Made by a program: the position numbers and the translations under genes. From Gaiellaceae bacterium (GTDB lineage Bacteria; Actinomycetota; Thermoleophilia; Gaiellales; Gaiellaceae), in assembly GCA_035623575.1 (NCBI GenBank), contig DASPTD010000053.1:13859-77858 (forward strand): a stretch of DNA of 64,000 nt, written 5' to 3'. The notes under the pieces are model-generated. The model saw nothing but the letters and a program-made list of their open reading frames with translations. It had not been told where the DNA came from and did not search any database. Shown here piece by piece: positions 38,750-48,636 of the stretch. The stretch's first letter is position 1; each line of letters starts with the position of its first letter.

Positions 38750-40053
38750 TCGCGCTCGACCTCGAGGGTGAGGAAATGGGTCGCGCAGGAGATGCAGGGA
38801 TCGTAGTTGCGGATCGCCTGCTCGCAGCGCAGGCGCAGCTCCTCCTCGGGGAGCGCGGCGTGGGCGGAGACGAACGCGAGCAGGTCCTCCTCGATCGACC
38901 GCTGGTTCTGGGAGGTCGGCGGCACGATCTTCGCGTCGAGGATCTCCCCGCCCGGGCCGAGGCGGTAGCGGTGGTAGAGAACGCCCCGAGGCGCCTCGCT
39001 TGCGCCGTGCCCCCAGCCCGGCTGCGGCACGATCGCGACCGCCGGCTCCGGCGGCTCCTCGTACGCCGCGATCAGCCGCAGTGCCTCGTCGCAGGCGTGA
39101 ACGAGCTCGACGGCGCGGACGACGATCGACTTGAACGGGTTGCGCACGACCGGCTCGAGCCCCGCCTCGTCGGCCGCGGCGAGCGCGTCGGGGGAGAGGA
39201 GCCCGCGGTGCAGGGCGAAGCGCGCAAGCGGGCCGACGAGGTAGGAGCCGCGCTCGCGCAGGTGCGCGTGCAGGGCGTTGGAGTGCTCGACGTGCTCCTC
39301 GACGACGTGGTCGAAGAACTCGGCGATCGGGATGTCGAGGCCACGCGTCGACACGAGCCTTCCGCCGCGGTCGATCGGGTACTCGCCGGCGGCGTCGAGC
39401 GCGACGAACTCGTAGTCCTGCTCGAGCCGGGGAAACTCGAGCCCGGCGACGACGCGCACCGCCTCGAGCGAGGCAGCCTTGGCCCACTCGAGGTCGGGGA
39501 CGAGCGCCTCGAGCTGCGCGCGCGTCGGCGTCTTGTACCAGCCGCCGACCTTGACGTTGATCGGATGCACCTCGCGGCCGCCGACGACGCGCATCACCTC
39601 GTTGCCGATCTTCTTCAGCCGCAGCGCCGTCTCGACGAGGCCGGGGTTGATCTTGGCGAGCTCGACAGCGCTCGCGACGCCGAGGAAGTCCGGCGCGTGG
39701 AGCATGAAGACGTGCAGCGTGTGCGACTCGATCCACTCGCCGCAGTAGAGGAGCCGCCGCAGGGCCCGCAGCTGTCCGCTCACCTCGGCGCCGGCGAGCG
39801 ACTCCATCGCGAGGCAGGAGCTCATCTGGTAGGCGACCGGGCAGATGCCGCAGATCCGGGCCGTGATGTCCGGCGCCTCGCTGAACTGCCGCCCGCGCAG
39901 GAACGCCTCGAAGAAGCGCGGCGGCTCGTAGATCTTCAGCTGCACGTCGACGACCTTGCCGCCGCGCATGCGGACGCGCATCCCGCCCTCGCCCTCGACA
40001 CGCGCGAGGTAGTCGGTGCGGATCGTCCTGGTCTTCGTCGCGGCGTCACTCAT
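38746..40053 (-). CDS. [NiFe]-hydrogenase large (alpha) subunit, group 3b-like
   Basis: 435 aa. N-terminal Ni-Fe ligand motif [10 protein letters not shown] and C-terminal DPCISCATH followed by a cleavable extension. Confidence 0.9.
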   Translation of the reverse strand: MSDAATKTRTIRTDYLARVEGEGGMRVRMRGGKVVDVQLKIYEPPRFFEAFLRGRQFSEAPDITARICGICPVAYQMSSCLAMESLAGAEVSGQLRALRRLLYCGEWIESHTLHVFMLHAPDFLGVASAVELAKINPGLVETALRLKKIGNEVMRVVGGREVHPINVKVGGWYKTPTRAQLEALVPDLEWAKAASLEAVRVVAGLEFPRLEQDYEFVALDAAGEYPIDRGGRLVSTRGLDIPIAEFFDHVVEEHVEHSNALHAHLRERGSYLVGPLARFALHRGLLSPDALAAADEAGLEPVVRNPFKSIVVRAVELVHACDEALRLIAAYEEPPEPAVAIVPQPGWGHGASEAPRGVLYHRYRLGPGGEILDAKIVPPTSQNQRSIEEDLLAFVSAHAALPEEELRLRCEQAIRNYDPCISCATHFLTLEVERE

Positions 40054-40858
40054 GGAGGGTCGCCTGTCGCCGGAACTCGGGCGCGTTGCCGGTGATGCCG
40101 CGGAACGCGTGCAGCAGCCGCTGCTGTCCGACGCCGAGCTCGGCCCAGTGCGCGGCGAGCGCGTCGGTGTTGGCCTGCTCCTTCGGCCCGAAGCAGCCGA
40201 AGCAGCCGCGAGCGTAGAGCGGGCAGAGGGCGCCGCAGCCGGCCTGCGTCACGGGGCCGAGGCAGGGCACGCCCTTGGCCACCATCACGCACGGGACACC
40301 GGCCCGCTTGCACTCGACGCAGACGCTGTACGCGGGGACGTTCGGGCGCCGACCGGCGAGGAACGCACCGACGACCTCGAGCAGCTGCTTCTTGTTGATC
40401 GGGCACCCCTGGAGCTCGAAGTCGACCTTCACGTGATCCGCGATCGCCGTCGACGTCCGCAGCGTCGAGATGTACTGCGGCTGGGCGTAGACGGCGGAGA
40501 CGAAGTCGGGCAGGTTCCCGAAGTTACGCAGCGCCTGGATGCCGCCGCTCGTCGCGCAGGCACCGATCGAGACGAGGAACTTCGAGGCGCGCCGGATCTC
40601 GTGGATCCGCTCGGCGTCGTGCGGCGTCGTGATCGAGCCCTCGACGAGCGTCAGGTCGTACGGGCCCTTCGCCGTCGCGCTCGACGCCTCGAGGAAGTAC
40701 GCGATCTCGACCGCGCCGGTGAGCTCGAGCAGCTCGTCCTCGCAGTCGAGCAACGAGAGCTGGCAGCCGTCGCAGGAGGAGAACTTCCAGACGGCGAGCC
40801 GCGGCCGGCTGCCGTTCAGCACCTTGTGCTTGCCCCGGTGGCCGTTCGTCGCGCTCAC
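40046..40858 (-). CDS. [NiFe]-hydrogenase small (delta) subunit, group 3-type
   Basis: 270 aa with no Tat signal. Fe-S ligand clusters [18 protein letters not shown] and CGALCP...CFGC. Confidence 0.85.
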   Translation of the reverse strand: MSATNGHRGKHKVLNGSRPRLAVWKFSSCDGCQLSLLDCEDELLELTGAVEIAYFLEASSATAKGPYDLTLVEGSITTPHDAERIHEIRRASKFLVSIGACATSGGIQALRNFGNLPDFVSAVYAQPQYISTLRTSTAIADHVKVDFELQGCPINKKQLLEVVGAFLAGRRPNVPAYSVCVECKRAGVPCVMVAKGVPCLGPVTQAGCGALCPLYARGCFGCFGPKEQANTDALAAHWAELGVGQQRLLHAFRGITGNAPEFRRQATLHE

Positions 40859-41715
40859 AGCTGCGGCACCCCCATCAGCGGCTCGAGGTACTCCCAGGAA
40901 TAGACCGGGCCGTCACGGCAGACGAGAGTCGGCCCGCACTGGCAATGGCCGCACAGCCCGACCCCGCAGCGCATCGTCCGCTCCATCGAGAGGTAGATCC
41001 GGTTGGCCGGGATGCCGGCGTCGGCGAGCGGGAGTGCGGTGAGCCGCATCATGATCTCGGGCCCGCAGACGAAGGCGACGGTGTCGTCCGGATCGAAGCG
41101 CGCTCCGGGGAGCAGCTTCGTGACCACGCCGACCCGGCCGTGCCACTCGGTCGTCGCCGCGTCGACGGTGACCGCGACGTTCGCGTCGAGGCGGGCGCGC
41201 CAGCGTTCGAGCTCACGGCGGAAGAGGAGGTCCTCGGGTGTGCGCCCTCCGTAGAGGAGCGTCACCTCGCCGTACTCCTGGCGATGGGCCAGAGCGTGGT
41301 AGAAGGCGGGGCGCAGCGGGGCGAGCCCGACGCCGCCGGCGACGATGAGCAGGTCCTTGCTGTGAGCGGCCTCGATCGGCCAGCGGTTCCCGAAAGGGCC
41401 CCGCACGCCGAGCACGTCGCCGGGGCGGGCCGCACAGAGCGCGTTCGTTACGGCGCCGACGGCCCGGATCGTGTGCACGAGCGTCGTGCCGGTCCGCTCG
41501 ACGTCGCCGCTCGTCGAGATCGGCACCTCGCCGACGCCGAAGACGTAGAGCATGTCGAACTGGCCCGGGCCGATCGGCTCGATCGCATCGGCGACCGGCT
41601 CGAGCTCGAGCGTCCAGTTGTCGTGGTTCTCGCGCCGCTTGCCGACGACCCGGTAGGGCAGCGGCGTCATCGAACCGCGCACGGCGGCCGGCCTCTCAGC
41701 GCTCGCTGTTGCCAT
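40855..41715 (-). CDS. hydrogenase gamma subunit: FAD/NAD(P)-binding oxidoreductase with C-terminal 2Fe-2S site (AsrB/HydG-like)
   Basis: Ferredoxin-reductase-like fold and the motif [12 protein letters not shown]. Alternative start is ATG 41670 (MTPLPYRV). Confidence 0.8.
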   Translation of the reverse strand: MATASAERPAAVRGSMTPLPYRVVGKRRENHDNWTLELEPVADAIEPIGPGQFDMLYVFGVGEVPISTSGDVERTGTTLVHTIRAVGAVTNALCAARPGDVLGVRGPFGNRWPIEAAHSKDLLIVAGGVGLAPLRPAFYHALAHRQEYGEVTLLYGGRTPEDLLFRRELERWRARLDANVAVTVDAATTEWHGRVGVVTKLLPGARFDPDDTVAFVCGPEIMMRLTALPLADAGIPANRIYLSMERTMRCGVGLCGHCQCGPTLVCRDGPVYSWEYLEPLMGVPQL

Positions 41716-42160
41716 AGACGTCCATCAGCTGCAGGCGCGTGGCCTGGAGGCGGTTGACGAGCACCTGCGCGAAGCGGGTGAGGAGGTCGTACCCGAGCGC
41801 CGGATCCTCCTCGCACTTCTTGCGCAGACAGGCACCGTCGAACTTGACGGCGCGGACGAGCTCGACCGCGCGGCCGGTGAAGTGCCAGCGGTAGGGCTCG
41901 AGCAGCCACGACCAGCCGACGATCTCGCCGGGACCGACGGTCTCGACGGTCACGTCGGCGCGGTTCGGCACGGCCTGGTCGAGTGCGACGAGGCCGTGGC
42001 GGACGAGGAAGAAGGTGTCCGCCCGCTCGCCCTCGCGGAACAGCCGCTCTCCGGCCGCGAAGACGACGTTCTGGCCACAGCCCGCGATCAGCTCGAGCTC
42101 CTCCTGCTCGAGCCCGCGGAAGACGGGGCTCTCGACGATCAAGGCGTCAAGCGTGCGCAT
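41696..42160 (-). CDS. stand-alone cyclic-nucleotide-binding-like domain protein
   Basis: ATG 42160, 154 aa. Sequence FRGLEQEELELIAGCG...FREGERADTFFLVRHG...GPGEIVGWSWLL...TGRAVE. No DNA-binding or other output domain. Confidence 0.7.
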   Translation of the reverse strand: MRTLDALIVESPVFRGLEQEELELIAGCGQNVVFAAGERLFREGERADTFFLVRHGLVALDQAVPNRADVTVETVGPGEIVGWSWLLEPYRWHFTGRAVELVRAVKFDGACLRKKCEEDPALGYDLLTRFAQVLVNRLQATRLQLMDVYGNSER

Positions 42161-43280
42161 GCCGCTCCTCCTCGGCGCGGATCTCCCGCACCTCTTCGCG
42201 AATGTCGATTCCGACGGGGCACCAGGCGATGCAGCGTCCACAGCCGACGCAGCCGAGCGAGCCGAACTGGTCCTCCCAGGTGGCGAGCTTGTGCGTCAGC
42301 CACTGGCGATAGCGGGCGCGCGGCGTCGGCCGCGTGTTGCCGCCGTGCACCTCGGCGTATTGCAGGGAGAAGCACGTGTCCCACACCCGAGTCCGCTCGG
42401 CGCCCGAGCCGTCGAGCGTGGACGCGTCCTCGACGTGGGTGCAGAAGCAGGTGGGGCAGACGAGCGTGCAGTTGCCGCAGGAGAGACATCGCTCGGCGAC
42501 CTCGTCCCAGCGCTTCGCCTCGAGATTCCGGAGCAGCAGGGCATGGAGATCCGTGGCGTCGAAGCGGCTCTCCATCTCGCGTGCTGCGCGCGCGACCGTG
42601 TCGGCGGCTGCATCGACCTCTGCGGCGGTTGCGGCACGGACCGGCAGCTCGGCCAGCACGGCGTTGCCGGCGGGAGAGCCGGCTCGGACAAGAAAGCGAT
42701 GCTCGGGGGTGAGGAGCTCCGTCAGCGCGAGGTCGTACCCTTCCGCGGCTTCGGGTCCGCCTCCGAGAGCCGTGCAGAAGCAGAGCGCCGAGGGATCGCC
42801 GCAGTCGACCGCGACGAGGAAGACGTCGGCCCGCCGGGCGGCGTAGTCGCGGTCCTCGTACGCGCCTTCGAGGAAGACGCGGTCCTGGATCGCGATCGCG
42901 GCCAGCTCGCAGGGACGGACGCCGATGAACGCGGTCGGCTCGGCGGTCGGCGGCTCCTCATCGACCGCGAAGCCGCCGTTCTGCCTGCGCGCCTGCCAGA
43001 GGCGGACCCGCGGCGGCAGCAGCTCGGCCTTCCACGAGTGGGGGCCGACCGCGTAGCCGAACAGCGCCTCGTCCTCGCGGCGGGTGAGCCGGTACGAGGC
43101 GGGCGCCTGCTCGTCGGTCCAGCCGGCGGGTAGGGCAGCGGCCGAGTCGAGCTCGGCGTAGGCGATCGCGCCGTCGCGGACCGTCGGGCCGACGAGCCGG
43201 TAGCCACGGTCGCGGAGCGCCACGAGCAGCGCGTCCAGGTCTCCCGCGGCGAGCGTGACGGACTCGGTTGTGACCTGCAT
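42147..43280 (-). CDS. hydrogenase beta subunit: 4Fe-4S dicluster protein (AsrA/HydB-like)
   Basis: ATG 43280 with GGAAGGAG 10 nt upstream. Motifs CLSCGNCTLVCPTCFC and CVGCGRCIAWCP. Only this C-terminal part of track ORF 42147..45512 is credible. Confidence 0.8.
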   Translation of the reverse strand: MQVTTESVTLAAGDLDALLVALRDRGYRLVGPTVRDGAIAYAELDSAAALPAGWTDEQAPASYRLTRREDEALFGYAVGPHSWKAELLPPRVRLWQARRQNGGFAVDEEPPTAEPTAFIGVRPCELAAIAIQDRVFLEGAYEDRDYAARRADVFLVAVDCGDPSALCFCTALGGGPEAAEGYDLALTELLTPEHRFLVRAGSPAGNAVLAELPVRAATAAEVDAAADTVARAAREMESRFDATDLHALLLRNLEAKRWDEVAERCLSCGNCTLVCPTCFCTHVEDASTLDGSGAERTRVWDTCFSLQYAEVHGGNTRPTPRARYRQWLTHKLATWEDQFGSLGCVGCGRCIAWCPVGIDIREEVREIRAEEERHAHA

Positions 43281-43427
43281 GAGCAGCGGTCTCCTTCCGT
43301 CTTGAAGACTCGTTTGCGGGCTGCAGAGCGGCATCGGTGGCCCGCCGGATCGCGCTGCGGCTTTCCCGCGTGCGACCAAGTGGGTTCCGCCGATTCGCGG
43401 AGCAGAGCCGTTTGTCACGCTTTGCAC

Positions 43428-45590
43428 GTGAGCGTGAGCACCGTGGAGCGCCGCCGCTTCCGGGCGCGCGGAGTCGTGCAGGGAGTCGGATTCCGACCCT
43501 TCGTGCACCGGCTCGCCCGCGCGCGGGGGCTGGCCGGCTTCGTCTTGAACGACGGCGAGGGTGTCGTGATCGAGGCCGAGGGAGCGCCCGATGCGCTCGA
43601 CGCGTTTGCGGTCGAGCTCGTCGAGGCCGCACCCGGCCTCGCGCGCGTGGAGTCGCTCGTTGCTGAGCGGCTCCTGCCGCGTGGCGAGCGCGACTTCGCG
43701 ATCCGGCTCAGCCGGGGCGCTGCGGTGCCCGCCGCCGCGATCATCCCGCCCGACGTCGCCACCTGCGACGAGTGCCTGCGCGAGCTGTTCGACCCGGCCG
43801 ACCGCCGCTTCCGCTACCCGTTCCTCAACTGCACGCAATGCGGGCCGCGTCTCACCATCGTGCGCTCGGTGCCGTATGACCGCGCGCGCACGACGATGGC
43901 GCCCTTCGAGCTGTGCGCCGACTGCCGGCGCGAGTACGAGGACCCGGCCGACCGCCGCTTCCACGCCGAGCCGATCGCATGCCCGGTGTGCGGCCCCAGG
44001 TTGTCGATGCCGCTCGAGCACGCCGTCGCGTGCCTGCGCGCCGGCGGCATCCTCGCGGTGAAGGGACTCGGCGGCTACCACCTCGCCTGTGACGCCGGCG
44101 ACGAGGACGCGGTGGCGCGGCTGCGCGGACGCAAGCACCGCGAGGAGAAGCCGCTCGCGCTGATGACGGGGGTCCCCGACGCGCTCTGCGACGTCGAGCC
44201 CGAGGAGCGCGCACTGCTCGAGTCGCCGGCCCGGCCGATCGTGCTCATGCGCAGGCTCCCGGGCGCGCCGGTCGCGGCGTCGGTCGCGCCCGGCTCGCCC
44301 TGGCTCGGCGTCATGCTCCCGTACACGCCGTTGCACCACCTGCTCTGGCACGACCTGCAGCGCCCGTTCGTGCTCACGAGCGGCAACCTCAGCGACGAGC
44401 CGATCGCCTTCGACGACGAGGAGGCGCGGCGCAGGCTCGGCGGCGTCGCCGATGCCTTCCTCGGCAACGACCGCCGGATCCACCGCCGCTGCGAGGACTC
44501 CGTCGTCCGGCGCGGCGCCGTCCTCCGCCGCTCGCGCGGCTTCGCTCCATCGCCGCTGCCCCTTCCCGCCGCGGCGCCCGTCCCTCTCGTCGCCGCCGGC
44601 GGCGAGCTCAAGAGCACGTTCTGCGTCGCCCGCGACGCGGAGGCGTTCCTCTCCGCTCACCTCGGCGATCTCGACTCGGAGAGCGCGTACCGCGCGTTTC
44701 GCAACGACCTCGCGCTGTACCTCGAGATGCTTGCGGTCGAGCCCGCCGCGGTCGCCTGCGATCTCCATCCGGAGTACCTCTCGACGAAATGGGCGCACGA
44801 GCAGAAGCTGCCGCTCGTCGAGGTGCAGCACCACCACGCGCACGCCGCCGCCTGCCTGGCCGAGCACGGCGAGGAGGGGCCCGCGCTCGCGCTCGTCTTC
44901 GACGGCACCGGTTACGGCACCGACGGGACACTCTGGGGCGGGGAGCTGCTGCGCGCCGACCTCGGCTCGTTCGAGCGGCTCGCGTGGCTGAACCCCGTGC
45001 CGCTTCCCGGCGGTGAGGTGGCGGTGCGCGAGCCTTGGCGGATGGCGGCGATGCATCTCGAGCGCGCCGGTCTCGACGTGCCGTGGCCCGCCTGGCAGAC
45101 GGTGCGCGCGAGCCTCGCCGTCAACGCGCCGCTCTCCTCGGGGATGGGGCGCCTGTTCGACGCCGTCGCCGCCCTGCTCGGCGTGCGCGACCGCGTCACG
45201 TACGAAGGGCAGGCGGCGATCGAGCTCGAGCTGCTCGCGGGCGTCACCCCGGCCGAGCCCTGGCCGTGGCGCTTCGGCGACACCACTTCGCTGGTGACGA
45301 CGTGTTGCCTGGAGTTGCGGGAGGGGCGTCCGCGCGCGGAGATCGCCGCCGCCTTCCACGAGACCGTCGCGGCGTCGGCCGCCGCCGTCGCGTACGCGCA
45401 CGCGCGCGCCTGCCGCACGGTCGTCCTCTCGGGCGGCTCGTTCCAGAACCAGCGGCTCGCGGCGTCGACGCGGGCGCGGCTCGAGGCATACGGTCTGCGC
45501 GTGCTCGAGCACCGGCTCGTGCCGGCCAACGACGGCGGCATCAGCTACGGCCAGGCGGCCGTGGCGGCGAGGAGGCTCGCATGTGCCTAG
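43428..45590 (+). CDS. hypF: carbamoyltransferase HypF
   Basis: Acylphosphatase-like VQGVGFRPFV and two Zn-finger pairs (CDEC...CTQCGPR, CADC...CPVCGPR). YrdC/Kae1-like remainder. GTG 43428 or 43434. Confidence 0.9.
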   Translation: MSVSTVERRRFRARGVVQGVGFRPFVHRLARARGLAGFVLNDGEGVVIEAEGAPDALDAFAVELVEAAPGLARVESLVAERLLPRGERDFAIRLSRGAAVPAAAIIPPDVATCDECLRELFDPADRRFRYPFLNCTQCGPRLTIVRSVPYDRARTTMAPFELCADCRREYEDPADRRFHAEPIACPVCGPRLSMPLEHAVACLRAGGILAVKGLGGYHLACDAGDEDAVARLRGRKHREEKPLALMTGVPDALCDVEPEERALLESPARPIVLMRRLPGAPVAASVAPGSPWLGVMLPYTPLHHLLWHDLQRPFVLTSGNLSDEPIAFDDEEARRRLGGVADAFLGNDRRIHRRCEDSVVRRGAVLRRSRGFAPSPLPLPAAAPVPLVAAGGELKSTFCVARDAEAFLSAHLGDLDSESAYRAFRNDLALYLEMLAVEPAAVACDLHPEYLSTKWAHEQKLPLVEVQHHHAHAAACLAEHGEEGPALALVFDGTGYGTDGTLWGGELLRADLGSFERLAWLNPVPLPGGEVAVREPWRMAAMHLERAGLDVPWPAWQTVRASLAVNAPLSSGMGRLFDAVAALLGVRDRVTYEGQAAIELELLAGVTPAEPWPWRFGDTTSLVTTCCLELREGRPRAEIAAAFHETVAASAAAVAYAHARACRTVVLSGGSFQNQRLAASTRARLEAYGLRVLEHRLVPANDGGISYGQAAVAARRLACA

Positions 45591-45844
45591 GCGTCCCGGG
45601 GCAGATTCTCGAGCGGCTCGACGACGGGCTGGCGAAGGTCGATTTCACCGGCGTTCGGCGCACGGTCAGCGTCGCCTTCACGCCGGAGGCCGAGCCGGGC
45701 GACTGGGTGCTCGTCCACGTCGGCTTCGCGCTCGCGACGATCGACGAGGACGAGGCCAGGGCGACGCTCGACCTGCTCGGCGAGGCGATCGCCGCGGAGC
45801 TCGAACCCGCAGGTAACAAGCTGTTCCAAGAGGGGAGAGGGTGA
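45581..45844 (+). CDS. hypC: hydrogenase assembly chaperone HypC
   Basis: 87 aa starting MCLGVPG. Overlaps the hypF end by 10 nt. Confidence 0.9.
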   Translation: MCLGVPGQILERLDDGLAKVDFTGVRRTVSVAFTPEAEPGDWVLVHVGFALATIDEDEARATLDLLGEAIAAELEPAGNKLFQEGRG

Positions 45845-46950
45845 AGTACGTCGACGAGTACCGCGACGGGCGCGCGGCCAAGGCGATCGCGGCCGAGCTG
45901 CGCACGCTCGTCCGGCCCGGATCCCACGTGAAGCTGATGGAGGTCTGCGGCGGGCACACGCACGCGATCTACCGGCACGGGCTCGACGCGCTGCTGCCGG
46001 GCGAGGTCGAGCTCGTGCACGGGCCGGGCTGCCCGGTCTGCGTGATCCCGCTCGGTCGGGTCGACGACGCGATCTGCCTCGCGGAGCGGCCGGAGGTGAC
46101 GCTCGCGAGCTTCGGCGACATGCTGCGCGTCCCGGGCGGGAGGCGGCGCTCGTTGCTCGAGGCGAAGGCGCGCGGCGCCGACGTGCGCGTCGTCTACTCG
46201 CCGCTCGACGCGCTCGGCCTCGCCGTCGCCGAGCCGGAGCGGGAGGTCGTCTTCTTCGGCGTCGGCTTCGAGACGACCGCGCCCGCGACCGCGCTCACGC
46301 TGTTGCGCGCCCGGCGCGAGCAGGTGCGGAACTTCTCCGTCTTCTGCAACCACGTCCTGATCGGGCCTGCGCTGCGCGCCATCCTCGACTCGCCGGAGAC
46401 GCAGATCGACGGCTTCGTGGGACCGGGGCACGTCTCGACCGTGATCGGCACGCGTCCCTACGACTTCGTCTGCAGCGAGTACCACCGGCCGGTCGTCGTC
46501 GCGGGCTTCGAGCCGACCGACATCCTCCAGGCGGTGGCGATGCTGCTGCGCCAGCTGCGCGACGGCCGCGCGGAGGTCGAGAACGAGTACGGCCGCGTCG
46601 TCCGCGCCGAGGGGAACCCCGCCGCGCTCGCCGCGCTCGCCGAGGTGTTCGCCGTCCGCCCCGACTTCGAGTGGCGCGGCCTCGGCGCCATCCCGCGCAG
46701 CGGCCTGCGGATCGCCGACGCATTCGCCGACTGGGACGCCGAACGGCGCTTCGAGGTGCCGGGCGCGCGCATCGAGGATCCGAAGGCCTGCCGCTGCGGC
46801 GACGTGCTCCGCGGCCTGGCGAAGCCCTACGAGTGCGGCGTCTTCGGAACGGCGTGCACGCCCGAGCAGCCGCTCGGCACGTGCATGGTCTCGAGCGAGG
46901 GCGCGTGCGCCGCGTACTACGCGTACGGTCGTCACCGGAGGGTGGCGTGA
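45841..46950 (+). CDS. hypD: hydrogenase formation protein HypD
   Basis: 369 aa with MEVCGGHTH and GPGCPVCV motifs. Confidence 0.9.
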   Translation: MKYVDEYRDGRAAKAIAAELRTLVRPGSHVKLMEVCGGHTHAIYRHGLDALLPGEVELVHGPGCPVCVIPLGRVDDAICLAERPEVTLASFGDMLRVPGGRRRSLLEAKARGADVRVVYSPLDALGLAVAEPEREVVFFGVGFETTAPATALTLLRARREQVRNFSVFCNHVLIGPALRAILDSPETQIDGFVGPGHVSTVIGTRPYDFVCSEYHRPVVVAGFEPTDILQAVAMLLRQLRDGRAEVENEYGRVVRAEGNPAALAALAEVFAVRPDFEWRGLGAIPRSGLRIADAFADWDAERRFEVPGARIEDPKACRCGDVLRGLAKPYECGVFGTACTPEQPLGTCMVSSEGACAAYYAYGRHRRVA

Positions 46951-47954
46951 CCGGCGTGATAACCCTTGCGGACGGCGCCGGCGGCAAGGCGTCGCGCAAG
47001 CTCGTCGAGGGGCTGTTCCTCGCCGAGCTCCGCAATCCGCTGCTCGAGCCGCTGGGAGATGCGGCCCTCGTCTCCGCGAACGGCACCAGGCTCGCGTTCA
47101 CGACCGACTCGTACGTCGTGCGGCCCCTCCGCTTTCCGGGCGGCGACATCGGCGAGCTCGCCGTGAACGGGACGGTGAACGATCTCGCGGTCTTCGGTGC
47201 GATCCCGCTCGCGCTCACCGCCGGCTTCGTGCTCGAGGAGGGCTTCCCGCTCGAGGAGCTGCGGGCGATCGCCCGGTCGATGGCGCGCGCCGCGCAGGAC
47301 GCTTCTGTCTCCGTGGCGGCCGGCGACACGAAGGTCGTCGAGCGCGGCGCTGCCGACGGTCTCTACGTCACGACCTCGGGGATCGGATTGCTCGACCCAC
47401 GGGTCGAGCTCGATGTGACCCGCGTGCGCCCGGGCGACCGGGTGCTCGTCTCCGGCGGGATCGCGGAGCACGGGATCGCCGTCATGCTCGCGCGCGGGAA
47501 CCTCGAGCTGGAGCTGGACGTCGAGAGCGACACCGCGGCCCTGCACGGGCTGACCGCCGCGCTCTGCGCTCTCGGCCGGGAGCTGCGCTGGATGCGCGAC
47601 CCCACCCGCGGCGGGCTGGCGACGACGCTGAACGAGCTGGCGGGCGGGGCGGGTGCGACGGTCGTGCTCCGGGAAGAGGCGATTCCGGTGCGCGAGGACG
47701 TCCGGGCGGCCTGCGAGATCCTCGGCATCGATCCGCTCTACGTCGCGAACGAGGGGAAGCTCGTCGCCGTGGTCGCACCGGACGCCGCCGACAGGGCGCT
47801 CGCCCTGCTGGGCGCGCTCCCCTTGGGCGCCGACGCGGCGTTGATCGGCGAGATACGCGCGGACGACATTCCGCTCGTCCTGGTCGACACGCCCTTCGGC
47901 GGCAGCCGCATCGTCGACATGCTCGTCGGCGACCCGCTGCCGCGGATCTGCTAG
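46947..47954 (+). CDS. hypE: carbamoyl dehydratase HypE
   Basis: GTG 46947 in a GTGA overlap with hypD. AIR-synthase-like fold and C-terminal PRIC motif. Confidence 0.9.
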   Translation: MTGVITLADGAGGKASRKLVEGLFLAELRNPLLEPLGDAALVSANGTRLAFTTDSYVVRPLRFPGGDIGELAVNGTVNDLAVFGAIPLALTAGFVLEEGFPLEELRAIARSMARAAQDASVSVAAGDTKVVERGAADGLYVTTSGIGLLDPRVELDVTRVRPGDRVLVSGGIAEHGIAVMLARGNLELELDVESDTAALHGLTAALCALGRELRWMRDPTRGGLATTLNELAGGAGATVVLREEAIPVREDVRAACEILGIDPLYVANEGKLVAVVAPDAADRALALLGALPLGADAALIGEIRADDIPLVLVDTPFGGSRIVDMLVGDPLPRIC

Positions 47955-48217
47955 GGATTGACGTCGACGAGGTCGGCCGGGCACTTCCAGTACTCGGACG
48001 TGCCCGTGACGCCGGAGCTCGTGCAGTTGTGTCGCGTCAGGTCGGGCCAGCCCCCGATCTCCCCCTTCTGGCACGCCACCCATTGCGACCCGTCGGCGAG
48101 CCGCTGGACGAGCGTGCACGAGCCGCCGAGACCTGCGGTATGGAGGATGTAGCCGTTCCTGATCCCCACCATGACGGCGACGATGACGACGGCGACGGCG
48201 ACGACTCCCTTGAGCAT
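47951..48217 (-). CDS. small membrane-anchored Cys-containing hypothetical protein
   Basis: 88 aa. N-terminal TM VVAVAVVIVAVMVGI and four Cys in the soluble part. Its stop shares the CTAG tetranucleotide with the hypE stop. Confidence 0.4.
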   Translation of the reverse strand: MLKGVVAVAVVIVAVMVGIRNGYILHTAGLGGSCTLVQRLADGSQWVACQKGEIGGWPDLTRHNCTSSGVTGTSEYWKCPADLVDVNP

Positions 48218-48293
48218 GGCGGCATCCCCCGGAGCCTGCCGGAACGGTTTTCACAACGGTTATCGGCTCGCGTTGCAGGGAGCTTGAGGCGGA

Positions 48294-48596
48294 CTACTCC
48301 TGCCAGACCGCCTCGAAGGTGCCGAAGCGGAGCTCCGTGTCGTAGTGGAAGCGCGTGTCGTCGACGCGCCGCATGTACTCCTCCCGGTGCTCGGCGGCGA
48401 AGGCGTTGTACGCGTCGGCCGACTCCCAGCGGTCGATGACGAAGTAGCGGCCGGGGTTCTCGACGTCGCGCAGGAGCTCGGTGCCGATGTAGCCGGGGCC
48501 CTGCTCGAAGAACCGGGCCCACTCGCCGTCGGCACCGTAGGCCTGCTCGAACTCGGCGGCGGCGCGGACCTCGTACGAGAAGACGAGCGCGATCAC
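48294..48596 (-). CDS. ABM (antibiotic biosynthesis monooxygenase-like) domain protein
   Basis: GTG 48596 (VIALVFSYEV...) chosen because the longer start at 48653 would overlap the divergent gene. About 100 aa with a ferredoxin-like ABM pattern. Confidence 0.55.
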   Translation of the reverse strand: MIALVFSYEVRAAAEFEQAYGADGEWARFFEQGPGYIGTELLRDVENPGRYFVIDRWESADAYNAFAAEHREEYMRRVDDTRFHYDTELRFGTFEAVWQE

Positions 48597-48636
48597 GGGG
48601 CGATTCTTAGCAGGCGCCCGCGGTAAGGTCCTGCGG

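Noticed and set aside
43415-43431. TCACG-N7-CGTGA inverted repeat in the hydrogenase/hypF divergent region, considered as a CRP/FNR-type site
   Set aside because: The arms are only 5 bp, the orientation and spacing differ from TGTGA-N6-TCACA, and it overlaps the hypF start codon. The embedded cNMP-like protein also has no DNA-binding domain.
43281-45512. N-terminal about 740 aa of track ORF 42147..45512 (minus strand)
   Set aside because: It is antisense to hypF. Only the last 377 codons (42147..43280) have Fe-S motifs, an SD and sensible composition.
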